Assembly: GCA_902472585.1 (NCBI GenBank) | Contig: CABROM010000001.1 | Coordinates: 221,864-285,863, forward strand | Direction: 5' to 3' | Length of the DNA: 64,000 nt | From: an uncultured Clostridium sp. | GTDB lineage: Bacteria; Cyanobacteriota; Vampirovibrionia; Gastranaerophilales; Gastranaerophilaceae | In this document: one piece after another, positions 8,199 through 18,039 of the stretch | Position numbering within the stretch: position 1 is the stretch's first letter | How the letters are laid out: the number at the start of each line of letters is the position of its first letter | Program-made: the position numbers and the translations under genes | The notes under the pieces: generated by a model | Seen by the model: only the letters and a program-made list of their open reading frames with translations | Told to the model about the DNA's origin: nothing | Databases searched by the model: none

Positions 8199-9998
8199 AT
8201 GACAAAAGAAAATGAAAATATTAGAAATATAGCAATAATTGCACACGTTGACCACGGCAAAACAACACTTGTAGATTGTTTGTTAAAACAAGCAGGTGCC
8301 TTCAGAGCTAACCAACACGTGCAAGAACGTGTATTAGACAGCAACGATCTTGAAAGAGAACGTGGAATTACAATTCTTTCAAAAAATATTTCAATCAATT
8401 ACAAAAACACAAAGATTAACGTTGTAGACACCCCGGGTCACGCAGATTTCGGCGGCGAAGTTGAACGTGTTTTAGGTATGGTAGACGGAGCATTATTAAT
8501 TGTTGATGCTGCAGAAGGGCCTATGCCACAGACAAGATTTGTATTGTCAAAAGCTCTTGAATTAGGTTTGAAAATTATTGTTGTAATAAACAAAATTGAT
8601 AAACCTGCAGCAGAACCTTTAACTGCTCTTGATAAAGTTTTTGACTTATTTACAGAATTGACAGACAGAGATGATTTAATCGACTTTCCGTTCATATTTG
8701 CAAGCAGCTTAAACGGCTTTGCAATCAAGGATTTGGATGACGAAAGAAAAGATATGATACCTCTTCTTGATTGTATCCTAGAAAACATCAAACCTCCAAA
8801 GGGCGATGCTGACAAGCCTCTACAATTTAGAGCAACAACTCTTGATTACAACGAATATGTAGGAAGAATTGTTATCGGCAGAATTGAAAACGGTAAAATC
8901 AAATCACAAGAACAGGTTTGTGTAGTTCATGCAGACGGAAGCCAAGAAAAAGGTAAAATTACAAAGCTATTCGGATTCCACGATTTAGGTCGTATGGAAA
9001 TTGAAGAAGCATTTGCAGGTGATATTGTCGGAGTTGCAGGTTTTGCAGATATTCAAATCGGTGAAAGTATTTGTTCTGTAAACAACCCAATGCCTTTACC
9101 TTTGATTAAGGTTGACGAACCGACATTACAGATGAATTTTTCAGTTAATGACAGCCCGTTTGCAGGAACCGAAGGTAAATATGTTACATCAAGACAATTG
9201 AGAAAAAGATTGTATGATGAACTTGAAAAAAATGTAAGTTTGCGTGTTGAAGATACAGATTCAACAGATGTTTTCAAAGTATCAGGCAGAGGCGAACTTC
9301 ACCTTGGTATATTAATCGAAACTATGCGTCGTGAAGGTTATGAATTCCAAGTATCAAAACCAGAAGTTATCTACAAAACAATTGACGGTGTAAAATGTGA
9401 ACCGTTTGAAAACTTGATTGTAGATGTTCCGGAAAGTTATGCAGGAAGTTGTATTGACAGACTTTCAGGCAGAAAAGCCGAAATGAAAGAAATGAATAAC
9501 AACAAAGGCAGAACAAAAATGGTATTCCATATACCTGCAAGAGGTCTTATCGGATTTAGAAGCGAATTTATCAGAATGACACGCGGTGAAGGGATTATGT
9601 ATCATACTTTCTTGGATTACAGACCTTATGCAGGCGATATTCCACGTCAAAGAAACGGTTCAATTATTGCCCACGAACAAGGGGAAGCAATTCCTTACGC
9701 ATTGGCACAATATGAAGACAGAGGCGTATTCTTTGTAACTCCAAAAACAAAAGTATATCGTGGAATGATTATTGGCGAATGCAACAAACCTCAAGATATT
9801 GTAGTTAATATCTGTAAAACAAAGAAATTAACCAATATGAGAAGTGCAACAGCTGATGTTATGGTAACATTACAAGCTCATAAAGAAATGTCATTGGAAG
9901 AATGTATGGAATACATCGGAGATGATGAACTTGTTGAAATTACACCACAAAACATCAGAATAAGAAAAGCTGATTTAACAAGAAAAATATACAACTAA
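8199..9998 (+). CDS. typA: Translational GTPase TypA/BipA
   Basis: IRNIAIIAHVDHGKTTLVDCLL...DSNDLERERGITI G-domain motifs. 599 aa, typical BipA length and C-terminal region. Confidence 0.93.
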   Translation: MTKENENIRNIAIIAHVDHGKTTLVDCLLKQAGAFRANQHVQERVLDSNDLERERGITILSKNISINYKNTKINVVDTPGHADFGGEVERVLGMVDGALLIVDAAEGPMPQTRFVLSKALELGLKIIVVINKIDKPAAEPLTALDKVFDLFTELTDRDDLIDFPFIFASSLNGFAIKDLDDERKDMIPLLDCILENIKPPKGDADKPLQFRATTLDYNEYVGRIVIGRIENGKIKSQEQVCVVHADGSQEKGKITKLFGFHDLGRMEIEEAFAGDIVGVAGFADIQIGESICSVNNPMPLPLIKVDEPTLQMNFSVNDSPFAGTEGKYVTSRQLRKRLYDELEKNVSLRVEDTDSTDVFKVSGRGELHLGILIETMRREGYEFQVSKPEVIYKTIDGVKCEPFENLIVDVPESYAGSCIDRLSGRKAEMKEMNNNKGRTKMVFHIPARGLIGFRSEFIRMTRGEGIMYHTFLDYRPYAGDIPRQRNGSIIAHEQGEAIPYALAQYEDRGVFFVTPKTKVYRGMIIGECNKPQDIVVNICKTKKLTNMRSATADVMVTLQAHKEMSLEECMEYIGDDELVEITPQNIRIRKADLTRKIYN

Positions 9999-10018
9999 TA
10001 AAATCTACTAATAATAAA

Positions 10019-10049
10019 AAAGACCGCTTGAATGCGGTCTTTTTCTATG
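10019..10049. terminator. Bidirectional rho-independent terminator between convergent typA and the pilin gene
   Basis: aaaagaccgcttgaatgcggtctttttct: a 7-bp GC-containing stem flanked by A-run and T-run. Confidence 0.75.
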
Positions 10050-10789
10050 GCAAACTTTTCCAAAATGTAGGATCAGATAGAGCTTTATAAGTACACCCTG
10101 CGCCATTCATGCTATTATTAGAGGTCTTTGAGCAATACGCATCATTTGCATTATAATAAGTTGTACCTTCTGCACCCATTGGAATTAATTTTCCCTTATC
10201 ATCCAACTGAAACATAAATAAATCTTGACCTAACCGGTTTGGTCTTTTATTATAACCATTCACATCAATTGATATATATATATTCCCTGTAGTCCCATCA
10301 AAATTATTATTATTTTCAATTAAAATCAAACTTCCATCAGCTAAAACAAATTGTCCGTCATCAAACCACATCAATTCAATTGAATTTGTACCAGTAAAAT
10401 TTTTATATGTAGTCGAATTCTTATTGGGATCATTGTAATTTTTTATACAAGCAGAATCAGAATCTCCTGATCCAAAACCACAATCTTGTATAACTTTAAA
10501 ATATGGTATTATTTCAGATTTAAAACTTTGAGTACCCATGTTTGCAACAATTGGTTCACCATTTTCAGCCTGATACATATTTAGAGCTTGCGCTATCTCT
10601 GAAGCGCCTTTTTTCAATCCCGCTTCCAGCTCTTTTTTCTGCGTATTTTGTATCAATGCAGGTAAAGTCAATGCCGCAACAACCCCAATTATGCCTAATG
10701 TTATCAATACTTCAGCAAGGGTAAAACCTTTATAATTAGCGGTTAAACGCCCCCCCCCCGACGTTCCAATAAATCATGTTTTTTCATAA
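10045..10789 (-). CDS. Type IV pilin-like protein (prepilin N-terminal cleavage/methylation domain). Frame interrupted at a poly-G tract (C10 on + strand), putative phase-variable gene currently OFF.
   Basis: Minus-strand ATG at 10789 (RBS aggagctgaattt) encodes MKKHDLLERRGGG..., then TAA. The other frame continues RLTANYKGFTLAEVLITLGIIGVVAALTLPALIQNTQKK.... 11 G or 8 G would give one continuous ORF. There is no in-frame start before the GFTLAEVL motif in the current state. Confidence 0.75.
10750..10759 (-). repeat. Homopolymeric G10 tract on the coding (minus) strand (C10 on + strand); candidate phase-variation switch
   Basis: aaacgc-cccccccccc-gacg read directly on the + strand. Confidence 0.85.
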
Positions 10790-10840
10790 ATTCAGCTCCT
10801 TTGTTTAATATTCTTCTTTCTAAACTTTTATTCTATTATA

Positions 10841-11755
10841 TCAAATCTTAGAAGCTTTTTCAAGACTCTTTCCCTTTATCAAAGACTGCGAGAATACTGA
10901 TACTAATATCAAAATCATTCCAACATAAAAAGACAAAGTGAAATCACGCGCCTCTCCTAAAAAGATTACAGCCAATAATATACCATATACAGGTTCAAGA
11001 TTTCCTGCAAGGCTTACAGTAAATGCTGACAATGATTTTAAAACAGATATATGAAGCAAATACAACAAAACTGTACAGAAAAATGCCAAAATCATTAACC
11101 AGAACCAATCATTTCCGACAGGCCAAATTTGTTGAACATGAGCAAAATGCATATATATAGGTAAAAATAAAGTCATTAATAATACCCCGCCTAAAAGTTC
11201 ATAAAAAAGCATACAACGAGATGATTTCCCTACCTGAACAGTTTTATTAAACAAAGTGTATAAAGCGAACAATGCAGCAGATATTACACCTAAAATTATT
11301 CCAAACCTATAACTTGTATCAAACTTAAAGATTAACCAAATTCCAAACACTGCAATCAAGCTATAAAATAATTCAACAAATGAAAATTTAATCTTTAATA
11401 TTAAAGGCTCAAACAGTACCGTAAAAAATCCTACAAGTGAATAACAAACAACCCCGATTGAAAGAGTTGCCCATTTTATACTGCCGAAGAAAAACATCAA
11501 ATGCACTGCCAAAAGAGCACCAAGCCCTGTAATTTTTAATGCATCTTTAAATTTTTCAACAGGCTTTTTGCCCATCATCAAAAGCATAACAGCAAACATA
11601 ATAAAGGCAAAAAACATCCTATACCACACTGTCATTACTTCATTTAATGAAATCAATTTAGCTAAAAGTCCGGTAAAACCTGCTAACAATACCGAAATAT
11701 GAAGCTTTAAATATTCAAATTTTTTACTTCTTTCCATACCTTTATTCTGTCTCAA
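10841..11755 (-). CDS. DMT-superfamily (EamA-like) 10-TM transporter
   Basis: 304 aa, with two halves of ~5 hydrophobic helices each, as in EamA/RarD-type permeases. Family call from architecture only. Confidence 0.5.
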   Translation of the reverse strand: MRQNKGMERSKKFEYLKLHISVLLAGFTGLLAKLISLNEVMTVWYRMFFAFIMFAVMLLMMGKKPVEKFKDALKITGLGALLAVHLMFFFGSIKWATLSIGVVCYSLVGFFTVLFEPLILKIKFSFVELFYSLIAVFGIWLIFKFDTSYRFGIILGVISAALFALYTLFNKTVQVGKSSRCMLFYELLGGVLLMTLFLPIYMHFAHVQQIWPVGNDWFWLMILAFFCTVLLYLLHISVLKSLSAFTVSLAGNLEPVYGILLAVIFLGEARDFTLSFYVGMILILVSVFSQSLIKGKSLEKASKI

Positions 11756-11768
11756 ATTTTAAAATTGG

Positions 11769-13208
11769 TCAAATTAATTCTTTATATAATTTCAAATATT
11801 TTTGAGAACTTCTGCCCCAAGAAAAATCAGCTTCCATAGCAGATTTTCTCATAGCATTAAAAGTATATTTATCTTGATAAACGCCTAACGAGCAATAAAT
11901 TGCCTGCATCATATCCCAACCTGAATAACCCCAGAACTTAAATCCTGTTGAATCATTCAAAGGATAACCGTTTACGGTATCTTCCAAACCGCCCGTTGCT
12001 CTAACAATTGGCAATGAACCATAACGCATCGCAATTAATTGACTCAAACCGCAAGGCTCAAATTTTGAAGGCATTAAATAAAAATCACTTCCAGCATAAA
12101 TTTGATTAGCCAAATCACCACGATAACCAATATATGCTCTGATATTTGAAGAATTATTAGATAACCAGATTAAAAGATTTTCATAATCCTTTTCACCGCT
12201 TCCTAAAAATACAAAATCAGCATTCAAAGACTTTAACTCATTTTCGCATTGTCTGATTAAATCAATTCCTTTTTGAGAAACAAGCCTTGACACCATTGCA
12301 TACATAGGTCTTTCAGGATTATATTTTAATCCGAATTCCTCACAAACTTTCTTTTTATTCTTCTCTTTATTTTTCAAAGATTTTACATCGTAATTTTTTA
12401 CGATAGATTTATCTGTTTTCGGATTAAACACATCATAATCAATACCGTTTAAAATTCCGACAACTTTTTGCTGATTCATACGAAGGGTATAATCCATTCC
12501 CTCACCGTATTCACCTGTCATAATTTCTTTTGCATAAGTCGGAGAAACAGCAATTACTTTATCAGCATAATTGATAGCACCCTTCATCCAATTAACCTTG
12601 CCATAATGCTCAACTCCCCATTCATTATAGACAATATCTTTTCTCATATTTGCAAAATCAAGCACGTCCTCAAACCAAACACCTTGATAAGCAAGATTAT
12701 GAATTTCAAAAACACATTTTGTATTTTTCCAGAAATCATCAAATCTGTAATTACTGTGCAAATAAACAGGAATCATAGCTGTATGCCAATCATTAGCATG
12801 AATAATATCAGCCTTAAAGTTTAATAATTTTGCATACTCCATTGTTGCAAGAGAAAATGCAATATATCTTTCATGCTCATATTTTGGATCAAGCCATTTA
12901 GGATAAACTTCTTTAAAACAAGAAAAATACCAATCATTATGCACAAAAAATACATTAATATTAGTTCCGGGAAGCTTGCACATAAATAATTTGAATCTAT
13001 GTCCCATACCGTTGAACGTAAGCCATAATGAAGAATTTTCTAATTCCTTAATTCCCCATTTATTCACATCTATACAACCGTGTAACGGAGTAAATATCGC
13101 AATTTGTGCATCTTTTTCCAATGCTTTTGGCAAACTTCCGACAACATCGGCTAACCCTCCGGCCTTAGAAAACGGAGCTACTTCTACTGATGCAAATAAA
13201 ATTTTCAT
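11769..13208 (-). CDS. glgA: Glycogen synthase (ADP-glucose type)
   Basis: MKILFASVEVAPFSKAGGLADVVGSLPKAL N-terminal signature. 479 aa. Confidence 0.92.
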   Translation of the reverse strand: MKILFASVEVAPFSKAGGLADVVGSLPKALEKDAQIAIFTPLHGCIDVNKWGIKELENSSLWLTFNGMGHRFKLFMCKLPGTNINVFFVHNDWYFSCFKEVYPKWLDPKYEHERYIAFSLATMEYAKLLNFKADIIHANDWHTAMIPVYLHSNYRFDDFWKNTKCVFEIHNLAYQGVWFEDVLDFANMRKDIVYNEWGVEHYGKVNWMKGAINYADKVIAVSPTYAKEIMTGEYGEGMDYTLRMNQQKVVGILNGIDYDVFNPKTDKSIVKNYDVKSLKNKEKNKKKVCEEFGLKYNPERPMYAMVSRLVSQKGIDLIRQCENELKSLNADFVFLGSGEKDYENLLIWLSNNSSNIRAYIGYRGDLANQIYAGSDFYLMPSKFEPCGLSQLIAMRYGSLPIVRATGGLEDTVNGYPLNDSTGFKFWGYSGWDMMQAIYCSLGVYQDKYTFNAMRKSAMEADFSWGRSSQKYLKLYKELI

Positions 13209-16200
13209 TATCCCTCACTTCCTGAATCATTACTGTTATCTTGTATACCTTCAGCACCACCTAATATATCTGCTGCCTCCTCTAAACTAACCTCATTATC
13301 TTCTTCATCTTCTTCAACAGCAATATAATGGTTTGGATCTGTATCAAATACAAAATTAACACCGTATTTTTGAGCAACATAATTTGCTTGAGCTATACAA
13401 ATATTTGCTTTCTCATAATCTTTTTTAAACATCATGACTTTATACATATTATACTTAAACAACATCAAAAGATATTCACTCGTAGAATTATTCTTTTCGA
13501 GCTGAATAAGTGAGTTATTAATAATTCCGAATGCAACATCATATTTGTTTTCTTTTAAATGTAACAAGCTCATTACATACCATGCAACATATAATAAAGT
13601 TGTCATTCCGTTATTATTAGTTTCTTTTATAATCTTGTAAATTATAGAATTTGCTTTTTTGAAAGAATTTAATTCCATATAGGAATAACCAACCATAAGA
13701 TCGGCAAACAACTCTAACTGATACAACCTGAAATGTTTTGCCGCAAGTTTTGCCTTATAAATATTTTCGGCAAATATATTGTAATCACCGTTAAAGTTAA
13801 CAAATGAATTAATCAAAGCTAAAATTGTATGACCGAAACGATCATTGTCGGAAATATTAAAATTAAGATTTGAAACTGATTTGCCATGAATTAACTGTTC
13901 CAAAACAATAAATAGATTATAAGATTCAGGAACAAAATTAATTTCGCCACGCAAAATATTTAAGAATTCACCAACATTACCGTACAATAATAAAACATTT
14001 GCCAAAGCAACATAACCTGCAGAATCAACAATCAATGATTTAAAATCATCTTCTGACATATAATCAGGTTTCAAAACACTTATAGTATCATTGCTTATAA
14101 CATTCAAAACCTTATAACCGATATCCAAACAGTCAACAAGTGCACCGATATTAAATAATATCTGAATATGAATAACAGACATTAAAAAGAAATACGTATT
14201 AAAATTTGGATCCGCAGGATTAATTGATGACGGAGGCAATAATGATAAGACCTTATGAGTCAATTCGAGAGCATGATTATAATTTCCCATAAATAATGAG
14301 CCGTTAATCATTTTATTGCACAAAAGGATAATTTGATCAGTATCTTTTGATTTTTCAAGATTTTTCAACGCACTTAATGCAATACCCGAAGTCTTATCTG
14401 GAATATACTCATAAAGATTTTGAGCAATATTCTTATATAAATTTTGTTTGTAATCCTCAAGCCTTTCCAACTGTTCAGGATCAGTATTTTTATCAAGAAG
14501 CTCTAATACTTTCTCGGTAGAATTCAAATATGCACTAAAATCACCAAGAGATAAATCAATATCGCTAAGCTGCTCCCACTGTTCTCTTTCCTTATCGGTT
14601 TCTTCCAAAAGGCCGTATAAATAAGCTTTTACAGGACTTGGCATACTTGAATCAAACACTTTGTCAAACAACTCATTTGCGACATCAGTTAAATAAATTT
14701 TACTAATCGTAGTTAATAAATTAGATCTCAACAAATTGTAATTAGGGAAATAAATACAATCATTATACTGATATATAAATCCCATATTTGCAAGCTTTTC
14801 TATAATTTCATCCTTGTTTTCATATCCAAGAGATTCAATAGTTGCCATATCAATACGTGTACCAAGTAAAACTATTGATGTTAAAAACTTCATAGTATCA
14901 ACATCATCTTGCAAAAGATTTAATCGGCGTGCGACTAATTTATCCAAGCTTGACGGAATAATAATAGTTTTAGGATTAATCATTTCAACACTATCATCAT
15001 CTGCCGCGAAAACACCTGATTCTATCAAATATTGCATTGCAATATCAATAAACAAAATACTTCCGCAAGCATATTTTGCAATTCTTTGGAAATAAAAATT
15101 ATTTAATATGTTACGATAATATATTTTATTTTCTTCAATTAATTTTTCAAACGGAGTAGGTTTTAACGTAATTTCAGTATAATAAGGTTTGCTTAACAAG
15201 AAATGGCAATCTTTATGTAATGAGAAGGATTTATCATAAGATATTAAAAAGCTTATATCAAGTTGTTCAAAAGACTCAAACAAATATTTTAGAACATCAT
15301 AAGAGCTTGAATCAATTTTATCAAAGTCTTCAACAAATATTAAAGTTTTTGGAATAATTTGTAAAAGAGTCAAGAAAATTTCAAAATAAACATGTCTTTT
15401 ATCCATGCTATCGCCATTATCGTTACGTCTATGTAACGTAATTAAATCTTTTATCAAACCGTCAGGATCAACTGATGAAAACATTGAAAAATCATTTGTT
15501 GAAAATAGTTTTTGAGAAACCGTATACTCAAAAATTGCTGAAACAAGTTCTCTAAAGAATGAATAAGGAGAATACTTCATCTCATCATAACAAGTTAGTG
15601 AGATAATATTATTAAATTTTCCTGTTTCTGCAGCTGCATTCAGCACTTTAATAGTATAAGGTTTATACATTTCTGCTGTTTTTATTGCGACAATACCTTT
15701 AGGTATATTTTGGAACTTGTTTAAAATATGGAATATAACATCGATATTTTCAGTTCTTATAAATTCACACTGAATTTCATCAAAATTAATTGTATCTATA
15801 TCATAAATTGCATCAGGATCTCCAGGAGAATCCAAATTATTTAAAGCCTCACCATCAAGTTTATCCTGCTCAATAAGCATATTTTGAACGAAATTCGGAA
15901 TTTCAATTTCTTTATCCTCATCCTCATCAGGATATTCGACCTTTACGAATTCTCTTAAATCCACCTCATAAAACATAACCATGTTATTTTTAATCATAAC
16001 AGAATTCAAAGGTGATACCTTGTAATCCCCACTAATAGAGTCAGTTACCTGATCGTCCGTTAAAACTTGGAAGGTATTTAAAATTTTATCGCTCTTATTT
16101 TTTGTAACTTGATTTAATAAACTGATATTGTAACCCGAATCGATATTATACGGATCATCGTTAATATTACGTCTTAAAAGAAACATGTTACAACGAACAG

Positions 16201-16738
16201 TAGCATTCTTTTTACGGGTTAATTTGCAGTTCATCGCTGTAATAAGGTTTAAAAGATCAATAGCAGCTTTAACAGCACTTGCAGCAGAGCTATTAAATGT
16301 ATAATCTTTATCAAACCTTATAACATAAGTTTTATTAATTATTTGTCTGCGAAGTCCGATAGATTTTGCGTAATCAAAAATAATTTTGTCTAAATTAATT
16401 TTAAACTTGTTCAATAATTTTGCAGAACCGAACAAGTCTTTCATTTCATTAATATTAGGAAAATCAATCGTCAAAATAACAAAATCATCAGAATTTGCTT
16501 CATTCAATATAACACTTTTTTCAGTATCAAAACCGCACTTTCTGCATTTTTTGTTAATTGTCTGATTGATTTTTCCACAATTATGACATTTATTGATAAT
16601 TACATAGCCGCATTTTTTGCAGGTATTAGTTGTATTAATAGTTTTGCAAATCGGACAAGCAAGCTTTAGTACCTTTTTACAATTCGGGCACACCATAGCT
16701 TTATCATCGATTTCATAACCACATTTAGGACATTCCAT
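13208..16738 (-). CDS. Large (1176 aa) multidomain protein: N-terminal triple zinc-ribbon (CxxC x6), central region of unknown function, TPR-like helical repeats, acidic C-terminal tail
   Basis: MECPKCGYEIDDKAMVCPNCKK...CPICKTINTTNTCKKCG...CHNCGKINQTINKKCRKCG. No Walker A motif seen. C-terminus EEDEEDNEVSLEEAADILGG. The start overlaps the glgA stop region. Confidence 0.6.
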   Translation of the reverse strand: MECPKCGYEIDDKAMVCPNCKKVLKLACPICKTINTTNTCKKCGYVIINKCHNCGKINQTINKKCRKCGFDTEKSVILNEANSDDFVILTIDFPNINEMKDLFGSAKLLNKFKINLDKIIFDYAKSIGLRRQIINKTYVIRFDKDYTFNSSAASAVKAAIDLLNLITAMNCKLTRKKNATVRCNMFLLRRNINDDPYNIDSGYNISLLNQVTKNKSDKILNTFQVLTDDQVTDSISGDYKVSPLNSVMIKNNMVMFYEVDLREFVKVEYPDEDEDKEIEIPNFVQNMLIEQDKLDGEALNNLDSPGDPDAIYDIDTINFDEIQCEFIRTENIDVIFHILNKFQNIPKGIVAIKTAEMYKPYTIKVLNAAAETGKFNNIISLTCYDEMKYSPYSFFRELVSAIFEYTVSQKLFSTNDFSMFSSVDPDGLIKDLITLHRRNDNGDSMDKRHVYFEIFLTLLQIIPKTLIFVEDFDKIDSSSYDVLKYLFESFEQLDISFLISYDKSFSLHKDCHFLLSKPYYTEITLKPTPFEKLIEENKIYYRNILNNFYFQRIAKYACGSILFIDIAMQYLIESGVFAADDDSVEMINPKTIIIPSSLDKLVARRLNLLQDDVDTMKFLTSIVLLGTRIDMATIESLGYENKDEIIEKLANMGFIYQYNDCIYFPNYNLLRSNLLTTISKIYLTDVANELFDKVFDSSMPSPVKAYLYGLLEETDKEREQWEQLSDIDLSLGDFSAYLNSTEKVLELLDKNTDPEQLERLEDYKQNLYKNIAQNLYEYIPDKTSGIALSALKNLEKSKDTDQIILLCNKMINGSLFMGNYNHALELTHKVLSLLPPSSINPADPNFNTYFFLMSVIHIQILFNIGALVDCLDIGYKVLNVISNDTISVLKPDYMSEDDFKSLIVDSAGYVALANVLLLYGNVGEFLNILRGEINFVPESYNLFIVLEQLIHGKSVSNLNFNISDNDRFGHTILALINSFVNFNGDYNIFAENIYKAKLAAKHFRLYQLELFADLMVGYSYMELNSFKKANSIIYKIIKETNNNGMTTLLYVAWYVMSLLHLKENKYDVAFGIINNSLIQLEKNNSTSEYLLMLFKYNMYKVMMFKKDYEKANICIAQANYVAQKYGVNFVFDTDPNHYIAVEEDEEDNEVSLEEAADILGGAEGIQDNSNDSGSEG

Positions 16739-16800
16739 AAAAAAATTATACCACGTTGAAATCTACGATACAATAGGAATTATTCATCTAAAAAGAGTAT

Positions 16801-17970
16801 TTAGCAATATCTAATGCCAGCCTCTTTCATTCTTCTTATACATTCCTTAATTGTATCAACATCTTTAGTTAAAGCTACACGAAAATATCCTTCTCCGTAT
16901 TTTCCGTAGCCGTTACCTGCAGGAACTACTACATGAGCTTTTTCAAGCATCAATGTAACAAATTCTTCAGAAGTCATACCTTTTGGAACAGGAAGCCATA
17001 AATAGAAAGTTGCTTTAGCCGGTTTTACATTCCAACCAAGTTCTCTAAAACCTTCTTCTGCAGCATCTCTACGCTCTTGATACATTTTATTCAAATCATT
17101 AATATATTTTTCATCTACTGTAAATGCAGCAGTTGCAGCGTCTTGAATAGCTTTAAAAGTTCCTGAATCAATATTATTTTTAATAGTTCCAAGAGCTTTA
17201 ACAGCATCAGCATTACCACATACAAAACCAACTCTCCAGCCAGTCATATTATAAGATTTTGAATGAGAATAAAATTCTAAAGCTACATCTTTAGCACCTT
17301 CAACCTGCAAAACAGATGGTGCTTTATAACCGTCATAAGTCATTTCAGAATATGCCATATCAGAGCATAATAAAATATCATATTTTTTACAAAAATCAAC
17401 TGCTTTTTTATAAAAATCTAAATCAGCAACAGCACCTGTCGGATTGTTTGGATAATTTAAAAACATGATTTTAGATTTTTTCGCAATATCAGCAGGAATT
17501 TTATCAAAATCAGGAAGATATCCGTTTTCTTCCAATAAAGGCATTTCATAAGGTGTTCCGCCTGCAAAAATTGTTGCATTGTGATATACAGGATACCCAG
17601 GATCTGGAACTAATGTATAATCGCCTTTATCGACATAAGCTAAAAATACATGTGCAATAGCTTCTTTTGAACCGATATTTGCAAGCATTTCAGTATCAGG
17701 ATCAAGTTCAACACCAAAACGTTTTTTCATCCACTCGCAAGCACCTTTTCTGAATCTTTCGGTACCGTTATATGGAGGATAATCATGATTTTTAGGATTA
17801 TCAATAGCTCTGTGCATTTCCTCAACAATTGGAGGTAATGTCGGAGAATCAGGATCACCAATCCCAAGACTTATAATATCTATACCTTTTGCTCTTGCTT
17901 CAGCAATTTTTTTATCTATTTCCGCAAACAAATAAGGCGGGATTAATTCTAAACGTTCTGATACTTTCAT
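16801..17970 (-). CDS. PLP-dependent class I aminotransferase, probably LL-diaminopimelate aminotransferase (DapL-like)
   Basis: ERLELIPPYLFAEIDKKI...ISLGIGDPDSP N-terminal pattern resembles the DapL GYLFPEI...LGIGD motif. 389 aa. Confidence 0.55.
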   Translation of the reverse strand: MKVSERLELIPPYLFAEIDKKIAEARAKGIDIISLGIGDPDSPTLPPIVEEMHRAIDNPKNHDYPPYNGTERFRKGACEWMKKRFGVELDPDTEMLANIGSKEAIAHVFLAYVDKGDYTLVPDPGYPVYHNATIFAGGTPYEMPLLEENGYLPDFDKIPADIAKKSKIMFLNYPNNPTGAVADLDFYKKAVDFCKKYDILLCSDMAYSEMTYDGYKAPSVLQVEGAKDVALEFYSHSKSYNMTGWRVGFVCGNADAVKALGTIKNNIDSGTFKAIQDAATAAFTVDEKYINDLNKMYQERRDAAEEGFRELGWNVKPAKATFYLWLPVPKGMTSEEFVTLMLEKAHVVVPAGNGYGKYGEGYFRVALTKDVDTIKECIRRMKEAGIRYC

Positions 17971-18039
17971 TAAAATCTCCTTCTTAATATTCTTTCCTAA
18001 CCTTTAATTTTATGCTATCATGAATATAAAGGAAAGACA

